Positions 45,042 to 55,332 of a DNA stretch of 64,000 nucleotides are shown in pieces. Numbering within the stretch: position 1 is the first letter of the stretch; every line of letters begins with the position of its first letter. Location: contig CAVZVA010000005.1 in NCBI GenBank assembly GCA_963778655.1, positions 800,001-864,000 on the forward strand. The letters run 5' to 3'. The translations under genes and the position numbers were made by a program. Source of the stretch: an uncultured delta proteobacterium (GTDB lineage Bacteria; Myxococcota_A; Polyangia; Polyangiales; JAFGIB01). Below the pieces are notes generated by a model, which was given only the letters and a program-made list of their open reading frames with translations, did no database searches and had not been told where the DNA came from.

Positions 45042-46124
45042 ATGACGCCGCATACATTGGTCGTCGGTGACTTCAAGGAGAACGAGCGCGAGCAGATTTC
45101 GCTGGCCGCTGGGCGCAGCGGCGTTTCGGTGGCGTTCTGCCCGACGCTGCAGCGGGTGCTGGCGCGCATGCGCGGGGGGCGCGGGTTGCCCCTGTGCGTG
45201 CTGGTCTCGGCGGACGCCAACGTGAGACAGCTGGTCGACGGCATCCGAGACGATGCAGAGCTGTTTGCGGTCCCGGTGCTGGTGGCGCTGTCGCGGCCCT
45301 CCAACGAGGGCTACCGCAACGCCTACCTGTCCGGCGCTGACGACGTGCTGGTCACCGCCGACGCCGGTGGGCTCACGCGCAGGCTCGCCAACCTCGGTCT
45401 GCACCGCGCCGACGTCAGGCCCGCGGCGACCATGGGTCGGGCCGTGGTGGCCTCGAGCGACGAGGCCAGCCGGCGCCGGCTCGGACGCACGCTGCGTCAG
45501 GTCGGCTTCGAGGTGATTTACGCGGCCGACCCCGGCGAGCTGGCCGCGCTCGCGGCCCAGCCCGACGCTCCCGCCTTCGCGGTGACCACCGGGACGCTGC
45601 CCGCCGGCTCCGGCGCGACGCACGAGCCCGATCGAGGCAACGTCTCGAAGATTGGCCGCATGCCCGTGCTGTCGATCGCGGCCGAAGAGCTGGAAGCGCC
45701 GCTGCGCGCCGGCGACCAGGTCGCAGACCTTACCGGCAAGCTGTTGTTCTTCGCCGACGAGCAAGCCAAGGCGCAGTTCAAGGACCGCCGCGCGTCGGCA
45801 CGCAAGCTGTACTCCACCATTTGCTCGTTTCGCGAGGGCGGCTCGCTGCAGCCGATCTACGGGGTTAGCCACAACGTGAGCGAGGAGGGCATGTACATCC
45901 GCACGCTCGACCCGCCGCGGCCCGAGAGCTCGATCTGGATCGAGCTGGTGGCGCCCACGAACACGACGCCGATTCACCTTCGCGGTCGCGTGATGTGGCA
46001 GCGACTACCGGGCTCGGGCAAGGGCGTCTTGCCGCCGGGCTTCGGCTTGAAGATCGATGCCACGCAGTGCCCGCCTGCCGACGTGCAGGCCTTTGTCGAG
46101 GGGTATCAGGGCTTGGCCCAGTAG
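45042..46124 (+). CDS. Pseudo-receiver-PilZ protein
   Basis: Degenerate REC-like segments (PVLV...GADDVL); PilZ RRASAR and NVSEEG; VMW...GFGL. Confidence 0.8.
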   Translation: MTPHTLVVGDFKENEREQISLAAGRSGVSVAFCPTLQRVLARMRGGRGLPLCVLVSADANVRQLVDGIRDDAELFAVPVLVALSRPSNEGYRNAYLSGADDVLVTADAGGLTRRLANLGLHRADVRPAATMGRAVVASSDEASRRRLGRTLRQVGFEVIYAADPGELAALAAQPDAPAFAVTTGTLPAGSGATHEPDRGNVSKIGRMPVLSIAAEELEAPLRAGDQVADLTGKLLFFADEQAKAQFKDRRASARKLYSTICSFREGGSLQPIYGVSHNVSEEGMYIRTLDPPRPESSIWIELVAPTNTTPIHLRGRVMWQRLPGSGKGVLPPGFGLKIDATQCPPADVQAFVEGYQGLAQ

Positions 46125-46138
46125 CAGAAAGTAGTACG

Positions 46139-47773
46139 ATGTCGATTCGAGACAACCTCAACGAGCTCGTCACGCAGCTAGAGAACGGCGACGCCCGTAT
46201 TCCAGGGAACGACGACGGCGGCCAGGTGACCCGCCTCTCGGTGCTGGTCGGTCCTGGCGAGGGGCGAAGCGTCGTCGTCGCCGGCGACTGCGTGATCGGT
46301 CGCAGCCCCGATGCGCAGGTCCGCCTGGCCGACCCCGGCGTCTCGCGCAAGCACGTGCGGATCTGGCGCGCCCCCGATGGGCAGGTCTCGCTCGAGGACA
46401 TGAGCAGCCGCAACGGCACCCTGGTCAACGGCCAGCGCGTGTCGCGCTGCACGCTGGAATCGGGCGACCGCATCCAGGTCGGGCCGCACTGCGTGCTGCT
46501 CCTTTCAGTGCACGACGCGCTCGAGGAAGCGCTGATTAACGCCAACAAGCTCGAAATCATCGGGCGCTTCAGCGCGGGCATCAACCACGACTTCAACAAC
46601 CTGCTGTGCGTCATCCTGGCCAACGCGGCCTATCTGCTCGAGCTGCCGCCGGAGCTCCCGCTCGGCAACGCGGAGGTCCGCGAGTGCCTCGACGACCTGC
46701 GCTCGGCGGCCCAATCCGGCGCCGAGCTGACGACCCGTCTGGCCACGCTGGCGCAGTCGAACAACTTGGTGCAAGAGCGCGTGAGCTTCTCGGAGCTGTG
46801 CGCCGAGACGCTGGGGGTGTTGCGCGACACCTGCCCCAAGTCGATCCGGATCCAAGGCTACGTGCAGCCCAACGTGTTCGTGCGCGGCGTGCGCGCTCAT
46901 CTCAGACAGCTCGTGCTCAACCCTTGCTTGAACGCACGCGACGCCTTGAGCGAGGGCGGTAAGCTGACCTTCGAGGCGGTGGTCGAGGAGCTCCACGAGC
47001 TGAGCTCGGTGCCGCCGCTCAAGGCCGACTGCTACGTCGTGGTCACGGTGACCGACACCGGCTGCGGCATGGCGCCGGAGGTCCTGAAGTCAGCCTTCGA
47101 GCCCTTCTTCACCACCAAGGAGATCGACCTTGGTCGCGGGTTGGGCTTGGCGATCGTGCGCAAGGTGGCCGCAGACCACGGCGGCACCGTGGAGCTGACC
47201 AGTCAGCGGGGCGCAGGCACGACGCTCCGCATCGTGCTGCCCGTGGTCGATTGCGGCTCAGCGGTCGAACCCAACCGCGGTGAGGCCGGACCTTCGGGCG
47301 AGCCCGGCGGCCGTGCTGACCCGGCGCCGCGGCCCGATCGCCGCACCTCAGACGAAATCGTCAGGCCACGCGAGGCCGCAAGCGTGCGGCGCGTGCTGCT
47401 CGCGGAGGCCGACGAGGCGCTCGGCCGCGCGATCACACGTTCGTTGCGCCGGGCGGGCTACGAGGTGACCTGGGTTGCCGACACGACGCGCGCCGCCGAT
47501 GAGCTGGCGCAGACGCCGGACTACTTCGACCTGGTCCTGCTCGACCCGCCCACTGGCGAGCCTCAGGCCGAGCACGCACGCCAGCGGATCCGGCGGCTGC
47601 GCTCGGACCTGCCAGCGGTGGTGTTGACCGAGAAGGCGAACAACCACGAGGGCACCTTCGCCGAAGCGCACGCCGACATCGACACCATGGTGCAGAAGCC
47701 GGTCGACCCCGCGGTGCTGGCACGCGTGGTCCAGGTCGCGCTGCGCCAGGCGGGCCGTGGCTCGCACCCCTGA
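46139..47773 (+). CDS. FHA-histidine kinase-REC hybrid
   Basis: FHA IGRS...VSRKH...SRNGT; GINHDFNNLL; FEPFFTTK; C-terminal REC. Confidence 0.9.
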   Translation: MSIRDNLNELVTQLENGDARIPGNDDGGQVTRLSVLVGPGEGRSVVVAGDCVIGRSPDAQVRLADPGVSRKHVRIWRAPDGQVSLEDMSSRNGTLVNGQRVSRCTLESGDRIQVGPHCVLLLSVHDALEEALINANKLEIIGRFSAGINHDFNNLLCVILANAAYLLELPPELPLGNAEVRECLDDLRSAAQSGAELTTRLATLAQSNNLVQERVSFSELCAETLGVLRDTCPKSIRIQGYVQPNVFVRGVRAHLRQLVLNPCLNARDALSEGGKLTFEAVVEELHELSSVPPLKADCYVVVTVTDTGCGMAPEVLKSAFEPFFTTKEIDLGRGLGLAIVRKVAADHGGTVELTSQRGAGTTLRIVLPVVDCGSAVEPNRGEAGPSGEPGGRADPAPRPDRRTSDEIVRPREAASVRRVLLAEADEALGRAITRSLRRAGYEVTWVADTTRAADELAQTPDYFDLVLLDPPTGEPQAEHARQRIRRLRSDLPAVVLTEKANNHEGTFAEAHADIDTMVQKPVDPAVLARVVQVALRQAGRGSHP

Positions 47774-47788
47774 CGCGCGCCGCGCGCC

Positions 47789-48937
47789 TCACTCCGATCC
47801 GGCCAGCGGTAGCAGCACCTCGAAGGTGGTGTCGCGGCCCGGATCGCTGCGCGCCGTGATCTCGCCGCCCGCACGCCGCACCATCTCGCGCACGATCGAC
47901 AGGCCCAGCCCGGAGCCGCTGCTCTTGGTGGTGAAGTAGGGGTCGAAGATGCGCTCGAGGTAGCTGGCCTCGATACCGGGTCCGTCGTCGCTCACCGACA
48001 CCACCGCCATCTTGCCGCGCGTGTCCACGGTGATGCGGATCGAGCGGTCCGTTTCCGCGTTGGCCTCGATCGACTGGGCCGCGTTGAGGACCAGATTGAG
48101 CACGATCTGACCGAGTGTGGAGGCCTCGACCGCCACCTGCGGCGAGCTCTCGAGCACTACTTGCAGCGAGGCCACGCGTTCCACATCCCGGCGGATGATC
48201 CGCAGCGTCGAGTCGACGACCCGGCCCGCGTCGGACTGCATCGACCCGCGCGCGGGACGCGGGCCCTTGCGCATGCGCTCGGCCAGCGCGTTGAGCTGAT
48301 CGGCGGCCGCCAGGGCGTCGCCGTGGGCCTCGCGCAGATCCATCAGCTCCGACTTGAGCTCGGGCGGCACGCCGGCGCCGCCCTCGACGCGCCGCAGCAG
48401 GTTTTCGATCATCTCGCCGGCATCGAGCAGGGTGATCGTCATGGCGCCGAGCGGATTGGCGATTTCGTGCAGCAGCTCGTCGTGGATCGCGCTGGCGATG
48501 CGGTTCTGGCCGCTGTGTAGCAGCCGCATTTCCATCTCGCGCATGCCCTGCTGCAGGTGCACGAAGTCGATCGACGCCTGGAGCACCTCGATCAGCTCTT
48601 CGTTGCGCCAGGGCTTGACCAGGTAGCGGCTCACCTGCCCCTGGTTGATGGCGTTGACCGCGGCGTGAATGTCGGCGTAGGCGGTGATGATGATGCGCAC
48701 CGCGTCCGGCCGGACCTCGCGGGCCCGGGCGCACAGCTCGACCCCGCCCATTTCCGGCATGCGCTGATCGGCGAGCAGGACCGCCACCGGCTCGCGCTCC
48801 AGCAGCTCCAGGGCAAGCTCGCCATTGTGGGCGGTCAAGACCGTGAAGTGGTCCTCCATGGCGTACCGGAAAACCACCAAGTTCTGCGGCTCGTCGTCCA
48901 CGAACAGAACTGGGTAGAGCTTGTAGTCGACTGTCAT
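47789..48937 (-). CDS. REC-histidine kinase
   Basis: VDDEPQN, ADQRMP, KPW; H-box HEIANP; NAAQ; DPYFTTK. Confidence 0.92.
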   Translation of the reverse strand: MTVDYKLYPVLFVDDEPQNLVVFRYAMEDHFTVLTAHNGELALELLEREPVAVLLADQRMPEMGGVELCARAREVRPDAVRIIITAYADIHAAVNAINQGQVSRYLVKPWRNEELIEVLQASIDFVHLQQGMREMEMRLLHSGQNRIASAIHDELLHEIANPLGAMTITLLDAGEMIENLLRRVEGGAGVPPELKSELMDLREAHGDALAAADQLNALAERMRKGPRPARGSMQSDAGRVVDSTLRIIRRDVERVASLQVVLESSPQVAVEASTLGQIVLNLVLNAAQSIEANAETDRSIRITVDTRGKMAVVSVSDDGPGIEASYLERIFDPYFTTKSSGSGLGLSIVREMVRRAGGEITARSDPGRDTTFEVLLPLAGSE

Positions 48938-48969
48938 ACGTCGCGGGGGTGCTTTGAGCATGATATCCC

Positions 48970-51345
48970 ATGTCGGGAGAGAATGAGCGTTCGATGACCG
49001 AATTGCCCGGGACCGGCCTGGACGCGTGGACCCTGCTCGGGGTTGCAGCACGCGAGCTCTTGCCTGTCGTGGTCGAGATGGGGCCCGATCAGGCCAGATT
49101 CGCCTCATTCATCGCCTCCGTGGCCAAAGAAGGCGAACACGCGTACGCGGTGCTCGATCCGGTCGCCGCCGACGCGCTGCCGCCGCCGGGCGCGCCGTTC
49201 AGAATCGTGCCTGCGGACGGCGTTGCGGGCTGGGTCGTGACCGCGAACCGGCTCGAGCCAGACGGGCCGCGGCGCGCGCGCGTCGATCTGGCCGGTGCGC
49301 GCATCTTGCTCGAGCAGCCCGACAAGTCACACGCGGTGCAGATCACAGACCTGCTGGTATTGGTCGTGCCCGGCGGCTTGGACGGCAGCTCCTCGTACGT
49401 GTTTCCGGTTCAGCGCATCGGCGCGGACGTGTGCGAAGTCAGGACGAGCGTCGCGCTTGCGCCCGGATCCGAGATCGAGCGCGTGGAAATTGTCGGCGAC
49501 CGCCGCCTGCTGCGCAGAGCTTCGGCGCAGGTGCTGCGTACAGTGCCCTACTACCTGGCCGATGGGGGTCGCAGCTTCACCTCGCGCCTCAGTCTGAGCG
49601 ACGAGCCGCAGGTTCCCCTGGACCAACCGCATGATCTGGTCACCGACTCCAAAGAAGTGCGGCGCTTGATCGAGCTCGCAGGCATGCTGCAGACCCAGGG
49701 CTGGTACGAAGCGCCCGGGTGGGGGCGGGGAACCCTGCGGCTGCTCGAGGCCGGCAAGGACAGCCTGCTGGTCGAGCTCGGCGCGGATCTTCCTGCCGGC
49801 GATTTGACGCGACGAAGTATCCGCATGGGATTCGACGTGTTTGCGGTGCCGTACGAGCTCGACGTGCGTGGCCTCGCCATCGAGGGCGGGCGGCTGCGTG
49901 CGGCCCTGCCGCTGATCCTGCGCCGGCGCCGGCGCCACCGGCGCGACCACCGCGTGTCCGTTCTGCCTTCGCACGGCGTGGAGTTGAGCTTCCGCCACCC
50001 GGTGACCGGTGCGGTGAGCACGCATCCGGTGCGCGAGCTCTCGTTCTTTGGCGTGTGCTTCGAGTGCGAGCCGCAAGCCAGCGTGCTCTGGAAGGGTCTG
50101 CCGCTCGAGCAGGCTCAGCTCACATGGGGCAACCGTCTGGTCCACCTCGGCGACCTCGGCGTCGAGCACTACGGCTACGACCAGGGGACCCAGGCGGTGC
50201 GCTGTGTCGCCTCGATCCCGCAGTCCAACGTGGCCGATGACCCCGACATGATCTCGTTGCTGGCCACCCTCGCTCACCCGCGCGTGCGCGCGCACGACGG
50301 TCGCGACTTCTCCGCACTGCACCGAACCTACGTGAAGGCAGGCCTGTTCGGCCCGCACATGCACCGCAACCTCGCGCCGATGCTGGAACAGATCGAGGGC
50401 GTCTGGCGCAGGCTGCACAGCGACGCCTCGGATGTCGCTCGGACCTTCGTGCACGGGCCGGAGAACGCCCCGGATGCGGCGGTCACCATCGTTCGTGCAT
50501 GGGAGCACACATGGGTGCCGCAGCACTTCGTCGACATCAGCCCCGACATCAACGGCGCGACCGGTAGCCTGCAGACAGCCTACCTCGACCACCTCGTCCC
50601 ACGACGAGATGGCCGATACCTCGTGTTCTTCGTCAAGACCGACAACAGCGTGATGAACGCCTACCTGAAACGGTTCTTTGCAGGCATGGGCACGCCCGAC
50701 GCGGTGGCGAGAACCACGGTCGAGCTGTGGTCGCGACCTGCGGGTGCCGCCATGGTCAGCACCGACTCGACTGGGGTGACCCTGCGGCCGTGCCAGGCGG
50801 CCGACGAGGTCGTGGTGGCCCGCGCGGCCGAGCGCGCGTTGGGCTCCTATGCGGCCGCGGCGCTGTCGCTCGTACCGGGCGAGCTGAGCCTGCCCGATTC
50901 GCGCGAGCGCTTCGGCAGGGCCATGCTGGAGCGGAGCCGAGAATGCTGGCTCGTGACCCGGGGCGATGAAATCGCCTATGCGGTGCTCGAAGAGCGCGCG
51001 ACGCCCGGTGTCAATCTGACCTGGATGCTCAACTCGACCTGGGTGGTGCCCGTTCATCCGGAGATCGATCGGGACGGATCCCTGTTCGACGCAGCGCTGC
51101 GGTCGGTCGTCGAACGGCCTGCGCAGAGCGCGACCGGCGAGCGCTTCCTGAACCTCCCCGAGGGTCTCGATCACGCCCGGCTGCGCACCTGGGGCTTCAC
51201 CAAGGAGGCATCCGTGTATCTCTACGCGCTGACGCGAGCAGGTCTCCACCGATTTCTCAGCTTCGCGGTCAACCGCTACGGCGAGGTCGACGCAATGGCG
51301 CTCCGGCGCGAACGGCGGCGCGCCTTGAGCCCGCGAGGAACGTAG
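48970..51345 (+). CDS. Multi-PilZ-like protein with a C-terminal GNAT-like region (PixB-like architecture)
   Basis: RRDHR...ELSFFG PilZ-like motifs; a second, degenerate beta-barrel module; alpha/beta C-terminal half ending 'TWGF'. The GNAT call is an inference. Confidence 0.55.
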   Translation: MSGENERSMTELPGTGLDAWTLLGVAARELLPVVVEMGPDQARFASFIASVAKEGEHAYAVLDPVAADALPPPGAPFRIVPADGVAGWVVTANRLEPDGPRRARVDLAGARILLEQPDKSHAVQITDLLVLVVPGGLDGSSSYVFPVQRIGADVCEVRTSVALAPGSEIERVEIVGDRRLLRRASAQVLRTVPYYLADGGRSFTSRLSLSDEPQVPLDQPHDLVTDSKEVRRLIELAGMLQTQGWYEAPGWGRGTLRLLEAGKDSLLVELGADLPAGDLTRRSIRMGFDVFAVPYELDVRGLAIEGGRLRAALPLILRRRRRHRRDHRVSVLPSHGVELSFRHPVTGAVSTHPVRELSFFGVCFECEPQASVLWKGLPLEQAQLTWGNRLVHLGDLGVEHYGYDQGTQAVRCVASIPQSNVADDPDMISLLATLAHPRVRAHDGRDFSALHRTYVKAGLFGPHMHRNLAPMLEQIEGVWRRLHSDASDVARTFVHGPENAPDAAVTIVRAWEHTWVPQHFVDISPDINGATGSLQTAYLDHLVPRRDGRYLVFFVKTDNSVMNAYLKRFFAGMGTPDAVARTTVELWSRPAGAAMVSTDSTGVTLRPCQAADEVVVARAAERALGSYAAAALSLVPGELSLPDSRERFGRAMLERSRECWLVTRGDEIAYAVLEERATPGVNLTWMLNSTWVVPVHPEIDRDGSLFDAALRSVVERPAQSATGERFLNLPEGLDHARLRTWGFTKEASVYLYALTRAGLHRFLSFAVNRYGEVDAMALRRERRRALSPRGT

Positions 51346-51590
51346 CCGAGCGCAGTGCCGAAAACGCCATGCACGACCCGTTTTAGCTAGGAATGCGGGT
51401 GCTGTGCCCACAAGCGCTGACGTTTGCGCGCAGTTGGTGTTCGTCGAGCCCGGACCCTCGTGGTTGCAAGCCGAGCACCCGGCCACTTAAGTGACCTCGG
51501 CCGTCTTCGTTCGACGGCGGTCTGGGCTACAGTTGGGCGAGCTGACTTGCCGCAACGTGCGGCGTCGCCGCACCTGGCCAGAGGCACCCG

Positions 51591-52997
51591 ATGTCGACGA
51601 TGACCCAGACCCCGAGCGCAAACGTCGCACCCAAAGCGATCCCGGGGCCGTCAGGATTGCTAGCCGTTCCTCGTCTCATCCGCCGCAACGTTCTTGATGC
51701 GCTGACGGAGCTCGTATCCAGCTATGGCAATGTGGTTGGCTTCCGACTTGGACCCACCCGCTGTGTGCTGCTGAGCCGTCCTGAACACTTCGAGCACGTG
51801 CTCGGCAGCGGCAGACACGACTTCGACAAGTCCCATCGCTCGAACCGCGTGAACCGCTGGGCGCTTGGAGAAGGCCTGCTGACCAGCGACGGGGAGCTAT
51901 GGCACAGACAACGCAAGGCGCTCAACCCTGCGTTTCAACGCCGCCGGCTCAACGCCATGACCGACTCGATCGTGCGCGAGAGCCTACAGATGTTGGAGCG
52001 CTGGGGTGTCGCGGGCGGCGAGCTCGAGCTCGACGTCGCACGCGAGATGGCGGTGTTGGCGCTCCAGATCACCTGTCGCGCGTTGCTCGGCCTGGAGCAG
52101 CCCCAAACCTCCAACGGCTTTGCCCAAGACTTCGGGGTGCTACACGCAGAGCTATGGAAGAAGCTGTCCGCGCCGGTACCGATTCCGCCCTGGGTTCCCA
52201 CCGCGAGCAATCGCCGCTTCACGGAGGCCAAACGCGCCACGTACGACACCGTGGAGCGGATCATCCAGGACCGGCTCGCCAATCCGACTACCGGCGAGGA
52301 CGCGCTGTCGATCCTGCTGAGCCCGAGCGACGACAACACGCGCATGAGCGACCAGCAGCTGCGTGATGAGCTGATGATCCTTCTCACAGCGGGCCACGAA
52401 ACGACCGCGAACCTGTTGACCTTTGCCTGGTATGCGCTGTCGAGCAATCCAGACGTCCGGCGGCGCTGGGAGGACGAGCTCACGTCGAGGCTGGCAGGCC
52501 GGCAGCCCGAGCTCGCCGACCTGGCAGGGCTCGCATACACGCGAGCGATCGTCGAGGAAACGCTTAGGCTGTATCCGCCCGTCTACGCCATCTCGCGATC
52601 GTGCATCAGGGACGTCGTCATCGACGGTTACACCATTCCCAGGGGCACCTATGTCATGCTCGGCGTATACCCGATGCATCGCGATCCCACGTTATGGGAT
52701 CGCCCGCTCTCGTTCGAGCCGGAACGCTTCCTGCCGGGCGCACGCGAAATCCCCACGTTCCAATACGTCCCGTTCGGGGCCGGTCCGCGGCGCTGCATCG
52801 GAGATCAGATGGCGCTGATGGAAGCGACGCTCGTCCTGGCGACGGTCGGACAACGCGTGCGCATCGACGGATGCCCGGGCTTCGAGCCCGTTCCCGAAGG
52901 CCGGCTCACGATGAGAGTCAGGGACGGCTTTCGTGCCCGAGCTCGGTTGCGCGAAGACGCAACGCAGACGCGCGAGACGGGCAGCGCCTCGCCATGA
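51591..52997 (+). CDS. Cytochrome P450
   Basis: AGHETT, EETLR (ExxR), PERF and heme motif FGAGPRRCIG. Confidence 0.97.
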   Translation: MSTMTQTPSANVAPKAIPGPSGLLAVPRLIRRNVLDALTELVSSYGNVVGFRLGPTRCVLLSRPEHFEHVLGSGRHDFDKSHRSNRVNRWALGEGLLTSDGELWHRQRKALNPAFQRRRLNAMTDSIVRESLQMLERWGVAGGELELDVAREMAVLALQITCRALLGLEQPQTSNGFAQDFGVLHAELWKKLSAPVPIPPWVPTASNRRFTEAKRATYDTVERIIQDRLANPTTGEDALSILLSPSDDNTRMSDQQLRDELMILLTAGHETTANLLTFAWYALSSNPDVRRRWEDELTSRLAGRQPELADLAGLAYTRAIVEETLRLYPPVYAISRSCIRDVVIDGYTIPRGTYVMLGVYPMHRDPTLWDRPLSFEPERFLPGAREIPTFQYVPFGAGPRRCIGDQMALMEATLVLATVGQRVRIDGCPGFEPVPEGRLTMRVRDGFRARARLREDATQTRETGSASP

Positions 52998-53944
52998 TGG
53001 ACCGCAATGCGTACTCCGAGATCCGGGCGCAGCTCGACATGCGCCCGCGCCTGCTGCCGACCGCCGCCATCGTGGTGCTCGATGTGCTGCTGCTGCTTTG
53101 CGTGGCAAGAGCACTCCGCGCCGGAGGATTCTTTCTGTTCGTGCTGGCGCAGCTCATCCTCGTCGTGGTTTTCGTGCACAACTTTTCGATCTTGCACGAG
53201 TGTGGCCACGGCAGCGCTTCGAGACATCGCTGGCTCAACACCTTGCTCGGACACTACGCGAGCCTCTTTTGCTTCATTCCGTTCTACCAGTGGAAGTACA
53301 TTCATCAGAAGCACCATGCGTGGACCGGAAACATCGACCGGGACCCCGTGCTCAAGTCCTTGCGGACCTGGCGCCGCACCGGCGTACCCATGTTGGTCCG
53401 CGTGAGCTGGAGAAGCTGGGTACCGCTTGGTGCGTTGCTTCAGCACGTCGTCTACTGGACCTACCCGATTGCGATGTGGCGCGCCGGCGAGATGACGCGG
53501 GTCCGCCTGTTTCGAACACTGATCTCCATTCTGTTCGTTCCAATCGGCTACATCGGACTGCACACGCTCGCGCCCGACATCGTGCGTCCGAGCAACGTTG
53601 TGCTGGCCTTCGGCCTGTACCTCATCGCCGAAGAGCTGGTGAACATCCCGCACCACGTCGACGTGTCGACGTTTCATACCAAGCTGCCCATTTGGGAGCA
53701 GTACCAAGCGACGCGGTCCTGCTACTACCCCCCGGGAGTGGCCGAGCTGCTGGTACTGAATTTCAATTTCCACATCGAGCACCACCTGTATCCGGCATTG
53801 CCCTGGTATCGCCTGCGGCGGGCAAGAACCCTGGTCAAGGCCCGCCTCGGCTCGGACTATCATCAGGCCGTCGGGATCGCGTGGAACGTCGAGCACCGCA
53901 AGCGGGACATGCAGAGCATTGTGGACAACTATCAAGTGCAGTGA
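52994..53944 (+). CDS. Membrane di-iron fatty acid desaturase family protein
   Basis: His boxes HECGH, HQKHH and HIEHH; TM helices; ATGA overlap with the P450. Confidence 0.93.
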   Translation: MMDRNAYSEIRAQLDMRPRLLPTAAIVVLDVLLLLCVARALRAGGFFLFVLAQLILVVVFVHNFSILHECGHGSASRHRWLNTLLGHYASLFCFIPFYQWKYIHQKHHAWTGNIDRDPVLKSLRTWRRTGVPMLVRVSWRSWVPLGALLQHVVYWTYPIAMWRAGEMTRVRLFRTLISILFVPIGYIGLHTLAPDIVRPSNVVLAFGLYLIAEELVNIPHHVDVSTFHTKLPIWEQYQATRSCYYPPGVAELLVLNFNFHIEHHLYPALPWYRLRRARTLVKARLGSDYHQAVGIAWNVEHRKRDMQSIVDNYQVQ

Positions 53945-54852
53945 CGGATCGAACGATGCTACAAACGCAAGCGACATCCGCCGAAGCGGCCCCCGCGCGT
54001 ACTGCCGAACACCCGGCGATCGATCGGCTGCCCTACCGCGAGATCGCTCGGTTCTACGAGCGTTACTATCGTACCAACACGCCGGTGGTGATCGAAGGGA
54101 TCCGAGAAGTTAGGCCGCTCAAGATCTTCCAGTGGTCCGCACGCTATTTCATGGACGTGATGGCCGACGCGACGGTTCCCGTGATGACCACCGCGACCGG
54201 GTTCTTGAGCTATGAACGCAACGTCTCGCCCATGCGGTTCGGAGACTTCTTCGAGCGCTCCTTCGGCTCTGGGCCGAAATCCAGTCTGCGCTACTACTAC
54301 AAGAACCCGGTGCAGCTCCTTCCGGATGGGCACGACGACAGCCTGCAGCTGACCGAGCTCGCGCCCTATCTGCGCAAGGCCGTGATGCGCAACCTTTGGA
54401 TCTCCGGGCCCGGCATCACCGTGGGACTTCATTTCGACGCCGCCGAGAACTTCAACTTCCAGCTTCGAGGCGCCAAGACCTTCGACCTCTACCCGCCGGG
54501 GGTGCGTGCCTACTACCCGTTGCCGATGTTCTCGCAGACGGCACACATGAGCGGGGTGTTTCGCAATGGTCCGAACCCGGACCTGCGCAGTTTTCCGCGC
54601 TTCGATCCGTCGCGACGACTGCGCGTCGACATGCGTGAGGGGGATGTACTCTATCTTCCGGCGTACTGGTGGCACCAGGTGGAGTCGTTCGCGGACGAGA
54701 ACGTGAATCTGAATTTTTGGTGGCTGCCCGGTCCGAAGAAGCAGCTTCGCAATTGGAATCAGGCGCTGCGAGGGCACGCGCAATTGGCGATTCGGTACCT
54801 ACGGCTGGGCTCCATCGTCAAGGCGCCTCCCGAGAACGCCCGAGGACGGTGA
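53941..54852 (+). CDS. JmjC/cupin_8 Fe(II)/2-oxoglutarate oxygenase
   Basis: PVVI; HFD...N...Q.RG.K; GDVLYLPAYWWHQV; GTGA overlap (alternative ATG at 53956). Confidence 0.92.
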   Translation: MTDRTMLQTQATSAEAAPARTAEHPAIDRLPYREIARFYERYYRTNTPVVIEGIREVRPLKIFQWSARYFMDVMADATVPVMTTATGFLSYERNVSPMRFGDFFERSFGSGPKSSLRYYYKNPVQLLPDGHDDSLQLTELAPYLRKAVMRNLWISGPGITVGLHFDAAENFNFQLRGAKTFDLYPPGVRAYYPLPMFSQTAHMSGVFRNGPNPDLRSFPRFDPSRRLRVDMREGDVLYLPAYWWHQVESFADENVNLNFWWLPGPKKQLRNWNQALRGHAQLAIRYLRLGSIVKAPPENARGR

Positions 54853-54853
54853 C

Positions 54854-55312
54854 ATGCCGACTCTTGCCGGCTCGTTAGACCTTCGAAAACTGGCACTGCT
54901 TCGCTCTGCCTACGTGGCTTCGGAGATGGCCTCGGCGAACGTGCGGGGAATCGGCGAGCTGGCGCCGGACCTGGAGAGGTGGAACGCGGAAATCGCGAGG
55001 ACCTTCTACGGGTCGGGGGGACCGCTTGCCCCGGTGAACCGCGAGCGCTGCCTGGTGACACTGCTTGCACACACGGGTCCGTTGCTGCCGTTCGGCGTGC
55101 ACGTGTATTGGGGGCTCATGGAAGGCCTTACCGTCGAGGAGCTCTGCCAAATCGTGGGATTGGTGGGTTGCTACGGCGGGCTGCCGAAATGCGTGCAGGG
55201 GCTCCTGGCACTGGACAAGGTGCTCGGCTTGTTGGACCGAATGACCGGCGACGTCGCGCCCCGCGCGCAAGAGGTGCTCCGAGGGCTGGTGACGGAGCTC
55301 GGTGGCCACTAG
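54854..55312 (+). CDS. Carboxymuconolactone decarboxylase/AhpD-like protein
   Basis: RERC...H...GLT.EEL......YGGLP pattern; starts 1 nt after the JmjC stop. Confidence 0.7.
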   Translation: MPTLAGSLDLRKLALLRSAYVASEMASANVRGIGELAPDLERWNAEIARTFYGSGGPLAPVNRERCLVTLLAHTGPLLPFGVHVYWGLMEGLTVEELCQIVGLVGCYGGLPKCVQGLLALDKVLGLLDRMTGDVAPRAQEVLRGLVTELGGH

Positions 55313-55332
55313 AGAAGGGCGAGGATTTTCGG

